NCBI GenBank assembly: GCA_951406725.2
Contig: OX597814.1
Location: forward strand, 151,714,001 to 151,778,000
DNA from: Octopus vulgaris
Taxonomy: Eukaryota
Direction of reading: 5' to 3'
DNA length: 64,000 nt
Shown here one piece after another: positions 40,923-54,643 of the stretch. The position numbers and the translations under genes were made by a program. Under the pieces are notes generated by a model. It was not told the DNA's origin, made no database searches, and worked only from the letters and a program-made list of their open reading frames with translations. Each line of letters opens with the position of its first letter. The first letter of the stretch is position 1.

Positions 40923-40960
40923 AGAAATTTGAAAAGTTAAACACGAAACCGGTAATTTCT
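40923..40960 (+). ncRNA. Minimal hammerhead motif, U3:A8 variant
   Basis: Stem I AGAAAT/ATTTCT, core TTGAAAA, 2-bp stem II GT..AC, then GAAA-C-CG-GTA. Confidence 0.55.
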
Positions 40961-41078
40961 TCAAAAACTATGTCACTGTATGAAAAAAATTTATAACATT
41001 CTTCTGACATAATGACTCAAATATATATTTTTTAACCTTTTAAAACAAGCCTTCTGTAGTTTTTTTCACTTTTTACTA

Positions 41079-41136
<58 letters not shown>

Positions 41137-41137
41137 C

Positions 41138-41200
<63 letters not shown>

Positions 41201-41457
41201 TATATATATACATCTAATATAGGATAAAAAATCTTTTCAAAACAAATTTCATCAAAGTGGCAACATATTAAAATACCATTAAAGGAGAAAATTATAAACA
41301 ATTTATAAGCAAGGGCAACAGAAAAAAAGATTTCTATGCCAAAATGCTGAGAATAGACTTTAAACCGTCAATCACATTACAATATACATTCACCATAAAT
41401 ACACGTCGTGCTGAAATCGAGAAAGTAAGCTAAAAGAGTCTTTTTTAAAATTCATTA

Positions 41458-41516
41458 TCTCTATATTGAATCAATTTCGGGATTAATCCCACGGATTTTT
41501 CCCACTTCAGTAGAGA
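41458..41516 (-). ncRNA. Hammerhead motif, A9U variant, inside a ~490-bp element next to a TA tract (41210-41700)
   Basis: Minus strand: stem I TCTCTA/TAGAGA, core CTGAAGT, stem II GGGA...TCCC, then GAA-ATTGA-T-TCAAT-A (AUA triplet). Confidence 0.65.
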
Positions 41517-42540
41517 ATGCGATAAGAAATAAATGAAATACTTACAAGCACCCATGGGAAAAAGCAGAAGCAAGAGTCATGTGTACACATAAGTACCCCA
41601 GTTATATCTAAATGTTAAATTCTTTAGCAAGCGTCACGAACCACAACTTTTAGTGGTTACCAGTCCCGAAGTCAATGGTAATAAATTTACTTTTAATATA
41701 GGATGTTACTCTTGGGTGGCATCTTTTATGTTTGTCGCCCTTGGATCTGTCTTTTGGGCGAACTGTTGTGGGGTCAATTTGTTTCTCTTATTTTGTTTTT
41801 GCTCTGGCTCTGGTATTCTTATACTTGTATGCTGAGGTAGTTCGTCATTGGGGCGTATTTTTTCTGAGTGGAGTTTGTGTGCTATGTGTGTTCAGATTTC
41901 ACGTTCAATAAAGAGGCTATCCTGTTAGAATCATTGTCACAGATAGTAACTCTTCTTTGAAGTATTTGAGTGTATAATATTGTTTGTGTATGCAGGGAGC
42001 GTAGGTTTTATCCCTAATGTTTAGGATGTTATCTAAGAAAATTTAAGCCCTAGTGTTCAGTTTTTCAGTAATACAGAGTTCATAAGTGGCACCCCGTCCT
42101 CTGTATTTTTTGGCTTTAGCAATAATTTTTCATTCTATCTGTGGGTTGTTTATCCCAACTTCTTTCAATGTCCATACCATATCTGAGAGGGATGTTGCAT
42201 GTTTTTTTTCATTTTTGTCTGAATAATGCCAGGTATTGTGTATACCTTTCCTTGAACGAGCTGTTCGTCATTCCGATATACGTTTTTGCAACTCCGTTGG
42301 GGTCCGTGATCATGGCCTTGTGTACGAGTTCTTTCTCGAGACTGAACTAAATGAGGCTGTGTTTTCCAAAATGGAGACGAACACCTTTCTCCGTGTGATC
42401 GGCTTGAAAAACTGTTAAGACGTCAGGATATTTTCCTACTTTTCTTAACATGAAACCAATGACAGCCTTAATTCACAAATAAATAAATTATATCCATCAA
42501 TTCAACGTTGGGCACTCATTATCATCGTTTGATATTTACG

Positions 42541-42572
<32 letters not shown>

Positions 42573-42587
42573 TATATATATTTATAT

Positions 42588-42669
<82 letters not shown>

Positions 42670-42848
42670 GAACCTCGGAGATTCCGTAGAGTCCAGACGA
42701 AAAGATATAAAAATACACTCATAGAGTCACGCATACACACATGGACACACACACACACACACACACATACACACACATCCGCGCGTGCACACACACACAC
42801 ACACACACGCATGCATGCACGCGCACACAAACTTATGCATATACATAC

Positions 42849-43111
42849 CTTCCCGGAAATAATACAATTGTGTAGCTGCTAATTCCCTTGACAACAAGTA
42901 GGATGACTGCTATCAATACTGATACGTCTGGGTTTTTGTATGAAAGGAGGATATCACTGTGCACATGAGATCCGAACGTCAATGATCCACAGATTCCCAA
43001 CAGCATGTAAAAGAACGTAGCGAAAGCAATAGCTACGCACAGGACCTTGGAATATGACCGCAAATTTCGATGCTTCATACTGTAGTAGATTGGAACAGAA
43101 CTCACTTGTGC
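42849..43111 (-). CDS. SLC38A7-like: SLC38A7-like copy B, exon (end of TM6 to TM8)
   Basis: 263 nt, same phases as copy A. AQVSSVPIYYSM...SSYTIVLFPGR. Confidence 0.9.
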
Positions 43112-43293
43112 CTGCAATAGTAAATATTATTTGTTTATTTAATATATTCATTTAATATATAATACAGTCGTAGGTAAGAAGCTTGCTTCCCAATCACATG
43201 GTTCCGGTTTCAGTCACACTGAATGGCACCTCGGGCAAGTGTCTTCTAGTATAGCCTCAGGCCGACCAAAATCTTGTGAGAAACTGAAAGAAG

Positions 43294-43336
<43 letters not shown>

Positions 43337-44149
43337 CATAACAATGAGGCCTTCAGCACCATACTACAAAGCATAGCCCTACTAAAGGGAGACCCAAAGA
43401 TGAACCGGATCCTCGAAACACACACCATCATTAAAAGTAAACAGCAACCAAAATCCTTGAAAAGGATTTTAACCCAAGCTAAACTGCACTCAACATCAAC
43501 CACAAAACCAGCAGTTAGAAAATGTGGAAGGCCCAACTGCGGAATCTGTGTCATCTTGATAGAAGGTTCAGAATTTATACTAGAACAAGGCCATCAGTTC
43601 ACCATTAGAGCAAACTTCACCTGCGCATCAGAAAACTTAATTTACGTCTTAACATGCGCAGGCTGCAATAGGCAGTATATAGGCCATACAAAAAATAGCT
43701 TACGTAACAGGATGGCGGTGCATAAATCACAAATTAGAAACCCTGAATACCGGAAAATACCGGTCAGCGGACACATAGATAGATGTGCTGGAAATGTAAA
43801 TCCGAAATTTACAACTTACCCGCTTTATAAATTCAGTGACAGCGTAACCTTCACGCAACGCCAAAATAAAGAACTGTATTTCATCAAAAAATTTAGACCA
43901 AGTTTGAACACCCTGGGCCAGGAATATTAAAACAAAACATTGGTCCTCCGAAAAGGAGAAGCGAAATTCTACCACGGCCGCTGCCTTAAACAGTCACTCA
44001 CACTTACAGAGATATGTCTTAGGGAAAGGGAAAAAAATTTATAAAAAGATCTCTACGAGCAGATCTAATCCTGATTCGTCAAGAAACTGATGACCTATTA
44101 CCTCAGTGGGCAAGCTATTGTCACCCTGCTTGGTCGGTTTCCACACACG

Positions 44150-44700
44150 ATACAGCTAAGGGTCAGACCCGATTCTGATTGGTTAAAACATTGATGACGT
44201 CTCGTTCTGCTGGACTAGCCACCTAACGGGACGATTGGTCAAAACATTGATGACGTCTCGTTCCGCTGGACTAGCCACCTAACAGGTTACAGTCATGGGT
44301 CAGATCTAATACAGCTATAGGTCAGACCCGATTCTGATTGGTCAAAACATTGATGACGTCTCGTTCTGCTGGACTAGCCACCTAACGAGATGATTGGTCA
44401 AAACATTGATGACGTCCCGTTCTGCTGGACTAGCCACCTAGCGAGATGATTGGTCAAAACATTGATGACGTCTCTTTCCGCTTGACTAGCCACCTAACAG
44501 GATACAGTCATGGATCAGATCTAATTTCAATCCGTCAAAAACAAGGATGACGCATTTCTTCCGTGGCCAAACTGTCGTTCTGCTTGGTTGGTTTCCTAAC
44601 AGGATATATTCGTTAAGACTGAGTTTTGATTGGTTGGGAACTATATGACGTCAGTGAAAAATGCAAGTGAGACAGCTAAGCTGAGCTGATATAAACCAAA
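44150..44700 (+). promoter_or_regulatory. Tandem CCAAT/CRE-like repeat array and putative PLE promoter
   Basis: Five copies of GATTGGTCAAAACATTGATGACGTC...GACTAGCCACCTA, then ATTGG, TGACGTCA (44646-44653) and TATAAA (44690-44695). Confidence 0.55.
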
Positions 44701-44991
44701 TTCACAAAAACTATACGAACAGACACCAACCAAAAATCATTACAGTTGCTCCCATTGGAACACAAGGTAAAATCTAAAATGAATTCCTCGCTTTTTCAAG
44801 AACATGAATCTTTTATATTTGACTCTATTGAATGCATATCACCACTATGAACTACTACATCATACTCTTTAAACATATAGCATGGACTCGCTTTACTATA
44901 TATGAATTTTTTATGTTTGACTCTATTGAATATTACGTATGAAATATTTTATATTTGATAGCATGAACTATCTTTTTTATATATAATTTTT

Positions 44992-45031
44992 TTGATAAGG
45001 TTCGTCATTTCAAGAACCGAAACATGTTAAA
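44992..45031 (+). ncRNA. Hammerhead motif, U3:A8 variant, in the PLE pseudo-LTR
   Basis: TTGATAA-GGTTC...GAACC-GAAA-C-AT-GTT. Stem I is weak. Confidence 0.5.
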
Positions 45032-45133
45032 TAAATAATGTATATATAAAAATTAAAATTTGTCTAATATAGCAGCATTTTCAAACTTCAATTTTTACAA
45101 ATATATACCCACTCGTATACGAGCTAATCTTAT

Positions 45134-45204
<71 letters not shown>

Positions 45205-45208
<4 letters not shown>

Positions 45209-45665
45209 GAAACAAGTAAAAGAGTAAAAGAGTAAAAGAGTATATATCAAATGAAATAAAATGAAAAACAGGACACAAAGGATGTCGCGGTACACATGTT
45301 TCGAGCTTTATAGAACAACTTATTCTTACATCAATGCGTAATCGACATAACAGATAGTTAAAAACCCTCTTCAGCCGCATGCAATTGCTACACCAAAGAC
45401 TTGTATCACATTATGAAGGGTTTGAGAAAGGTTTGTGATACAATTCTTTGGTGTAGCAATTGCATGCGGCTGAAGAGGGTTTTTGAACTATCTGTTATGT
45501 CGATTACGCATTGATGTAAGAATAAGTTGTTCTATAAAGCTCGGAACATATGTACCGCGACATCCTTTGTGTCCTGTTTTTCATTTTATTTCATTTGATA
45601 CATATATCCTCTCACCTATGCTACTAGCTGGCATATACAGGTGCTTACATTTATCAAGTATTCAC
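45205..45665. mobile_element. Fold-back hammerhead element between (TA)n tracts
   Basis: 45240-45410 is the inverse of 45435-45605, and each arm carries a hammerhead motif. Confidence 0.75.
45287..45378 (-). ncRNA. Type-I hammerhead ribozyme motif (canonical core)
   Basis: Stem I GCGG/CCGC, core CTGAAGA, stem II GGGTTT...AAGCTC, then GAAA-C-ATGT-GTA. The mirror copy 45466-45558 (+) has GGAA instead of GAAA. Confidence 0.75.
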
Positions 45666-45773
45666 TCTGAATTTATATATATATATATATCTAGCTAGCT
45701 AGATATATATATATATATCTAGCTAGCTAGCTAGATAGATAGATAGATAGATAGACAGGCAGACAGACAGACA

Positions 45774-45920
<147 letters not shown>

Positions 45921-46599
45921 ATAGATAAATGGAGTTAAACAAAGTTGTTATTCAAATATTTTTACTTCTGACATATATTTCGAAGTAAACATTGGTATTA
46001 TTCCAGAAGGAATAAAACTATGTAAAACAATGCAATCTTCTCACCAGGGAATGAAAGAAACCCAATACATCAATAAGACATTTTCACAGAATGTGATGAC
46101 TGCGTATATGATGAAGGGAACTCTATCAATTTAAACAAAAACTTAGTATATACATAATTTTTTACAACTATAAATAAGTTGTGTCTTATTTATAGTTGTA
46201 AAAAAATTATTACCTTTGTATGGTATTTATTCCCATGCTGGCCACTTGATAATATCGATATTTTAATATCGATATTATCCTTATTTATATATATATATAT
46301 AATATTATATATATATTATATATTTATATATATGTATGTATATATTTATGTGTCTGTGTTTGTCCGCCACCATCACTTGACCACCGATGTCAGTATGTTT
46401 ACGTCCCCGTAACCTAGCGGTTCGGCAAATGAAACCGATAGAATAAGTACTAGGCTTACAAAAAGTAAGTTCTGGGGACGATTTGTTCGACTAAAGGCGG
46501 TGCTCCAGCTTGCCCACAGTGAAAATGACTGAAACGAGTATAAGAATAAATGAATAAAAATCCATAATATACTAACCATAGGCAGCATACCTCCACATG

Positions 46600-47210
46600 T
46601 GCTTCCCGCCGACTTTGTTGCCTCATAACTTCCAGAAAAATATGTTTTTGTATGAAATCTTCAACAAATACGCTTCAGATGATGTGGATTTCGATTATAT
46701 CAGAATTTATTGTTAAAAAAAAACATTTTCGTAGGTTGGAAGAGGAATCTCGGAAAATTCACACAACTCCACTGTTTTCCCTCACAACTTTTAGAAAAAT
46801 AGGTACTTCTTAATGAAATTCTATTCAAATGCCTTTCAGAGTGTTTAGATTGCGGTTTTATAGGAATTTAATATGAAATACAAAATTGGTGGCCTCATAC
46901 ACGTACATAATAACAAACTTCATATTGACATAATGACAAACCTCATAACTGGAAATTTCGAAAGAAATTTTCTTTTTCGTATTAACTTTAGGCATTTGCA
47001 GAAGATTTTCTTTAAAAATATTCATTTTTCCGAAGGTTATGAGGAAACAGATCGACTCGGGAGAAGTTTCCGAAACTCCTACTCCAACCTTAGAACTATA
47101 TTTTGAGCACAAGTTCTAATATAATCTACGTCTTCTGAAGCGTATTTGTAGCACATTTCATTGAAAAATAACTTTTTTTCTGGATGTTATAAAACAAACA
47201 AATTTGATGG
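46600..47210. mobile_element. Non-autonomous DNA-transposon-like element with long imperfect inverted repeats
   Basis: 46625-46690 (ATAACTTCCAGAAAAA...ACAAATACGCTTCAGA) is inverted at 47122-47190. Confidence 0.5.
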
Positions 47211-48277
47211 AAGTATGACTCATGAGCTACAAAATTATAGTTGATGCTTTTGTTGCAGTTGTCTACAGTGTTGCTGTTGTCATTGTAGTTTGTTTACTAC
47301 GTGACAGCTATGAAAACCCTCACATCACCCAGATATGATCGCAATTAAAAAACTGAATCAGATTAAAAAAAAAAAATTACTATCATATTATACAATATGC
47401 TGTTTCTCTTTTTAAAAACTGTAATGTATGATCGGAAAAAATATAGGCTGCTTTTGCAAGCAAGTCACGCGACCTCGACTCGTTGATGTACCTTCATGTA
47501 GTCTTGCTATTCTGATGTCGAGTATTCCAATGACCATAGGACTAGTAAGCTATGATTACCTAACGTAGACTATGAGTTACTCAATAGCCATAATGTGACA
47601 ATACCCCCATATAATATACATATATAAGCTATGATAGTTGTTTAACTTCTTGGTTAATACTGATCGAGCAGTCCCACGAATACACACACACACACACACA
47701 CATACATACACACATGCATGCACACCTATGCATATACACACAGACAGACACACATATGCATGTTTGTATGCACATCTATATGTATGTATATGTGTGCGCG
47801 TTTCACTGTATACGAAGTGTACATTTGTGCGCGCGCGTGCTTTTCTTCTCGATAGAGTTTCATGTTAATGTTTCCGAGGACATCTTTTTGTCTTACCTGA
47901 AACTGAAGTTATCCGTCTGTTTTGTTTTTGACTTTAGCCTTATGTTTATATCTTATTTTTTAATTTTTTTTTTCTTTTGTAGGAAGGGTAGCAATGAGAG
48001 CAGTAATGTTCTCTAGGCCACAATGGGTGAATGCCTATTGCTAAAACTATGAATAACTATGTAGTTTTCATTTCTTTTTGACTCTCCCTTAGTATTCGAA
48101 AATGTAAACATCCTTTTCATTGCAAAAGTGCTACTGTATTCGCCAACTGGACAGACAAACGAACATCGCAAGAAAACTTTAAAACTTTAATATAATACCC
48201 AAATACATAAACACGCCCTTTATTGCAACAACACTATTGAATTCAGAAATTCAAAAATTCAACGGCATGAATATCAG

Positions 48278-48318
<41 letters not shown>

Positions 48319-48321
48319 GTA

Positions 48322-48408
<87 letters not shown>

Positions 48409-48411
48409 ATG

Positions 48412-48444
<33 letters not shown>

Positions 48445-48929
48445 GCGTGAGTGTGTATATATATTATTATTGTTTTTGTTTCTTCAACTAGTAATTACAA
48501 ATAGATCAGGTTGAATTTCTTCTTTTCAAGGCAGCGCTCTGAACGGCCACCGGTAGTGGTAAACACATTTGACCTCTGCTGACCCAAATACGCGAAGATT
48601 CTTTTGTCTCTATGACTGACCTCTCCGCCATCTGCCGAATCTGTTTATAGACCTGCAGAATATGATCTATTCACCAAACTGCTACCCAACTATTAGTGAT
48701 GTCGATAATGATAAAAATAAAAAAATAAAAATATGCTGCAGCTGCTGATACTAAATACTACTAATACTACAACTACTACTATTATGATAACACAGGTATC
48801 TGAGGCCCATCTACTACTCTTACCACTACTCCACCCCTGCTACTGTTGCTGTTGCTGCAACCACTGCTGCTACTACACATAAAAACAATAATATCAGTGA
48901 TATCAGTGATGATAATGATAATAATAGTA

Positions 48930-50000
48930 ATGAAAGGAAACGGGTGGAGCCTCATCCTCATGGGCTGATTAATGATGATTTAGCGATAGAGTCACAATAA
49001 AAACACTGGTAATTGCGCAACATGATAATTGTTACCTCATATGAGTGTCAATGAAAAAACAAAATATTGTGAATAACGGTGGTAATGAAACTGAAGCCAA
49101 TGATAGTGACAGTGTTACACTCGGTAGGCTCAGAGATTCTGGTCCGGATTCAACCTGTCGATATCCACATCTACGCCACACACGGCGTAGATGGAGCAAG
49201 CAAATTAACGCTGTGGACATGGAGTGTTACTACCTGAGCAGCCCGGTAGATGAAAATGGTGCTCAAATTAGGGGTTACCGACAACATATGTATGATCGTT
49301 GGAGAGAAAAGGGATTGTTTCAATTCACGGAACAGAGACTATGTGATCAAGCTAGAGTAATAAGAAAAAAATGTTGGTTCATAGAAGTAGAGCTCGAAGC
49401 TATCAAAAGACGGGACATGGAATACAGCAGCAGAGATAACAATGAAAATACAGTTCTTACTAATAAGAGTAATCTCATAGCACGGGAAAGAAGCAGTGGT
49501 TGTTTACTTGATGAGAGACATAGATGATCCAAAAGAAGATAATAAAGCTAATAGCGACATGACAGATGAACAAAAGACAATCTACGACAGAATAAAAGTA
49601 AGACCACAGGGGAACGATAGCGACATTATTTGCAACCTTAAAAATGTTGATCGATGAAAATTGAACCAAGAAACGAAAGCTGTCAATGAAATTCTGAAAT
49701 ACATCAGAAGAAACAACATCACAGAAACAATTTGATCAAGGCAGCAAATATTGTTGTAGCAGAAAATGTGGGTGCTGATGTCAAGAAAAAGAAATATAAT
49801 GGGTGTGACAAAAGAAAAAAGATCCATGGTGGAAAAGAAGAATACAGGCAAGGTTATAATGTTCTCGAAGGAAATCTATGTGTTAGGCAAAAAAGAGAAA
49901 GGGGAGCTTAAATGTGAACAAAAATACAAGGCGCTGAAAAGGAAGGGTCTGAAAGTGGAAGTAATGGAGGAACTGAAACATTATTTTGTATTGTTGAAAA
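48930..50000 (+). mobile_element. 5' portion of a decayed Dong/R4 LINE
   Basis: RRRWSKQIN..MECYYLS...GYRQHMY..W....FTEQRLCDQARVI is the N-terminal motif of this clade. Confidence 0.7.
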
Positions 50001-50032
50001 TGAAAAGTCCTACGGTCATCGATGACCTATTC

Positions 50033-50067
<35 letters not shown>

Positions 50068-50091
50068 CTTCTTCTTCTTCTTCTTCTTCTT

Positions 50092-50122
<31 letters not shown>

Positions 50123-50270
50123 GTAGTAGTATGTTTGATTTTTGCTTTGTATTTGTACAAGTTGGCAAATCTCGCCCAGAGACCTCAAGAGATAAGTTAG
50201 AAGTTCGTGTTGGTGTTATGCCTAGGACGTCATGTATTTGGTTTTGTACATAATGTTGTTCTTGAGAATG

Positions 50271-50397
<127 letters not shown>

Positions 50398-50426
50398 GAG
50401 AGCAGCGAATGCCATCAAAGTGGCAC

Positions 50427-50489
<63 letters not shown>

Positions 50490-50490
<1 letters not shown>

Positions 50491-52365
50491 TAGTTTTATT
50501 TTTATAGCGTGCTTTCACTTCACTACCGAGCACAGCTCTGTGTGCCTTGGGTATGTGTTGTGATTTGTTGTGATGCTCTGATGGTTATTGTATGGAAAGT
50601 GTTCTGCGTAGGATGTGTGCAGTGCCTAGTAGTGCAATTTTCTGTATGTTATATGTGTTTGTAAGTCCTGGTGTTTTTGTTATGTATTTGTCTGAATATT
50701 TTTTTATCATGCCTAATGCACCTACTATGATAGGAATTGTTTCTGTTTTCAGATTCCACATTCTAGTTATCTCTATTTCCAGGTCTTTGTATTTTGAGAG
50801 TTTCTCCATTTCTTTTAGAGACACGTTGTCATCAGCCGGTATTGATACATCAATTAGAAAGCATTTTTTTCTTCATGATCTCTGACAACTATATCTGGTC
50901 TGTTGGCCTTAATTTCTCTATCTGTGTGTATCGGCATATCCCAGAGTATGGTTGCTTTCTCGTTTTCTGTGACCTTTTCTGGTGTGTGCCTATACCATCT
51001 TTTTTCTGTTGTTATTCCATAATGTTGGCATAGCTTCCAATGTATGTAGGTTCCAACTCTGTCATGTCTGTGAATATATTCCTTCTTAGCCAAGACTGGG
51101 CAGCTAGAGATAATATGATTTATTGTTTCTTGTCCATCTCCACATATTCTGCAGTTACTTGTAATATTTCTTTTCATCACATGTTTTTGGTAATTTCTGG
51201 TGGGGAGGCTTTGGTCTTGTGCTGCAATTAAAAATCCCTCTGTTTCTGCTTTGAGTCCTGAGCTTCTCAACCATTGCTGGGATTTTTCTTTGTCTATTTC
51301 TTTTGCGTTTAGTTTAGTCCAGTATTTACCATGAAGGGGCTTTTCTTGCCATCGTTTTATCATGGTTCGTTGCTGTTCTATTTTTAGTTTGGATTTCATT
51401 TGTTTTATAGCTTTTGTTGTTTCTTCATCTTCTTCTTCTTCTTCATGTTTATTAGGTGGTATGATTTCTTGTTTGTATTTGTCAGCTTCCTTAAATACTG
51501 AGAACAGTTTTTTGTTTTGCTCGTGTTTTGCCGCTATCTGGATCAGTTTTCCTTCCTTCTGAAGTAGATATTTTTGCAGTCCTATGGTGGTTATTTTATA
51601 GTAGTTTTCCAGCTGTATAAGGCCTCTACCACCTTCTATACGTTGTATATATAGTCTTTCTATGTCAGATTTTGGGTGATGCATCCTAGATCCTGTCATT
51701 ATTTTTCTTGTTTTCCTATCTATTTTGGTCAGTTCATTTCGTGTCCAGTTAAGGATATTGTAGCTGTAACTTATAACTGGGACAGCTAAAGTGTTGATAC
51801 CTATTATCTTGTTTTTAGCATTGAGCTCTGTGTTTAGTATTGATCTAACTCGTCTATAATATTCTTTTTTTATTTTCTCTTTCATTTGTGTGTGTTGTGT
51901 CTTATCTAGTTCATGGATTCCTAAGTATTTGTAAGTTTGGCTTTGGTCTAATTCTTTTATTTTATTGGTTTTTATCTAGTGTGATGTTGCTACTCTTAAC
52001 TAGTTTTCCTCTTTTCAGGGTTACTTTGGCGCATTTTTCTAATCCAAATTTCATATCTATTTCTTTGGTAAATCCATGAACTGTCTTTAATAGTGTTTCC
52101 GGCTGTTTGTCATTTGCAGCGTATAGTTTTAGGTCATCCATATATAAAAGGTGGCTGATCGTTTTGCCGTAACATTTATATCCGCATCCAGTTCTATTTA
52201 GCATATCAGATAGAGGTGACAGTGCCAAGCAGAAAAGGAGTGGAGAGAGCGTGTCTCCCTGGAATATTCCTCTTCTAATGGGGATGTCTTTGGTTTTCAT
52301 GAGTCCCTCTTTTGTTTGGAGGTGTAGGACTGTTTGCCATTTATTCATAGAGTGCTCTATGAATT
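50490..52365 (-). mobile_element. 5'-truncated, relatively young Dong/R4 LINE in a (TAA)n tract
   Basis: RGIFQGDTLSP and HLLYMDDLKLY (RT), CRICGDGQETINHIISSC knuckle, RPDIVV...KLSKY restriction-like endonuclease. Frameshifted near 51900 and 50855. (TAA)n on both sides. Confidence 0.9.
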
Positions 52366-52371
52366 TTATGA

Positions 52372-52431
<60 letters not shown>

Positions 52432-52665
52432 CATTATTATTATTTCTAATAAAGGCACAAGGCCTGAAATTTTCAGAGAGGGGACTAGTTGATCATATCG
52501 ACTCCAGTGTTTCACTGGTACTTAATTTATTGACCTCATGAGGATGAAAGGTAAAGCCGACCTTAGTGGGATTTGAAAAATACTGCAAGAAATTAATTGC
52601 GACCCTCTAACGATTCGGTCAGCACGACTCACATATACATTGTAATAACAAAGATAGTATCTTAC

Positions 52666-52723
52666 CTCGTAGCAAACCAAAACATCTATAATGAAATATA
52701 TGATAGCTTTGCTGCGTTCATGT
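52666..52723 (-). CDS. SLC38A7-like: SLC38A7-like copy B, 58-nt exon (TM6)
   Basis: ttccacag| ... GAG|gtaag. Phases 2 and 0 fit the neighbouring exons. HERSKAIIYFIIDVLVCYE has the same 19-codon span as SLC38A7 PASWMAVFNAMPTICFGFQ. Confidence 0.75.
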
Positions 52724-53076
52724 CTGTGGAAACAAGTAAATAAATAACAACATTAAAAATAAATCAAAAATATATAATAATAATTGTCAACATATTTACA
52801 AAGCTGGGAAAGGAAGAGTCGAGTATATCGACCAAATATTTTATTTATCGATCTCTGAAGAATGAAAGGTAAAGTTGACTCCAGTGGTGGTTCACATACT
52901 CGATACCACTATCCACTTCGGGGCCTTCTACATAGAGTAGAGAGCACTTACATGCGTGTAATTGCTCTTACATACGCAAACATATCACTTCCCCTTCTCT
53001 CAGATTTTCTGACACCGAAATTTCATTGTCAGGATATATCAGAGTAACAATAAAGCACATATATGTTAGAGGGCGA

Positions 53077-53303
53077 GGCGGCGAGCTGGCAGAAGCGATA
53101 GCGCGCCGGGCGAAATGCTTAGCGGTATTTCGTCTGTCATTACGTTCTGAGTTCAAATTCCGCCGAGGTCGACTTTGCCTTTCATCCTTTCGGGGTTGAT
53201 AAATAAAGTACCAGTTTGGCATTGGGGTCGATGTAATCGACTTCGTCCCTTTGCTTGTTCCCTCTATGTTTAGCCCCTTGTGGGCAATAAAGAAATATAT
53301 ATA
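53077..53303 (+). mobile_element. Young full-length Nin-domain SINE with TSD
   Basis: TTAGAGGGCGA at 53066-53076 and 53304-53314. Absent at the paralogous site in copy C. Confidence 0.9.
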
Positions 53304-54643
53304 TTAGAGGGCGACAAAGATAACTTTTGACTATTTATTCGATGCGGAACATGGAGATTGCTATTCCAAAGATAATTCGTGTAGTTTTAGATACAGGTGT
53401 GAACAAATCATTCGATATGTTCGGATAGAAAGGGCGCGCAGTGAAACTAAATCCTCATTTTGATGAACAGCTGTCGGTAGGTACTATTCTGGGAAGTTGT
53501 GTACATTTTTAGAACAGTTCCCGACCACTTAGGAATAGCAATGGATCAGAGATAATGGGTCTCGTACCAACTCCATAACTTTTCGCAGTTGTTGGCAGTA
53601 GAGAAGCGATAACTGTATGTAAGAAACGGTTAGAGATGGGTAACATTGCGAGGGGCAAATATTCTGCTTTACATCGTCATCGCAATGGGCTTTATGGGTA
53701 CGTGTCACACACTTCGTAGACGTTTACCATGACGCTGAAAACTGGGAACATTCTCTGATACGTTGACTGACAAGGTGTGGTGTTACAGAGGAAGGACACA
53801 AGCAAAGGAAACATCGTGGACAGCATCTGATCCATAGCTCTGCTGCGTGTAGAATTTTGAGAGTTAGTGCAGGGCAGTGCTCGCGAAGAGACTGATGCTT
53901 GTCGTACTTGGTGTAGCTAGAAGCGCACAGACTTGTGCTATTTCCAGTAGATTTATTCACAACCACCTCCACCTCATGCCAGTCATCGTTGCGAAATTGG
54001 CTAAAATAAAACTTGCTCTAGTGGGGCTCAAATACCTTGGCATCAATTCAAAGCTTTCGGTAATACTTAGTGGCTCTTCTCAGTGTAGCTAGTTTCGACA
54101 TCATTTCAGAGGATGGATTTCATCAATCTATAGTAAAAACTGCTCTGTAGTCAGGATAAATGGCCACATGTGTGATCCATTAGGAATCATGCCCAATCAG
54201 CCAGAGAGTGAAGCACGTATAGGGGTTCCTGGATAGTGAACATCTGTTGTTACAGTTTGATAGGCACGTCTTTTCACAGTTGATCTCTTTCATTGAACTG
54301 CTGTCCCGGATCAAGTGAAGGTCAATATTGGGTATCTCCTTGCCTAGCATTGCCATTTCGGAATAAAGTCTAAAAGCTGCCGAAGCTGCATGAAATGTGC
54401 ACAGAACAAGGAAACAGTTCAATACACACTAGATCTATATCTCTGCGTTGTAAAATTATATTGAAAATTGTAAAGATCTAGTTATGTACCATATCGCAGC
54501 ACTAATGTTGTATTTTAAATTCCAGTTGTTATATTTCTAATAACCTGACAAGTTACAAAAAATTTGCTAAAACAATTATTTTGATTAACGAAAGGAAAAG
54601 AATTGAACAATGTTACTGAGCATATAAGAAGTGGAGAACTTAC

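Larger units (their letters stand above)
43335..45135 (+). mobile_element. 5'-truncated Penelope-like element with intact GIY-YIG C-terminus and pseudo-LTR, inserted in (TA)n
   Basis: ORF 43400-43930 has CGRPNCGIC and ENLIYVLTCAGCNRQYIGHT...RMAVH. (TA)n on both sides. Absent from the left arm. Confidence 0.85.

Noticed and set aside
44150-44520. Regularly spaced repeats resembling a CRISPR array
   Set aside because: No unique spacers, no cas genes, eukaryotic context; this is a tandem repeat inside a Penelope element.
47890-47940. Minus-strand CAG|GTAAGA donor ending in FQ, a candidate TM6 exon for copy B
   Set aside because: Upstream sequence is not hydrophobic and lacks a suitable acceptor. 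52666-52723 fits length, phase and hydrophobicity better.
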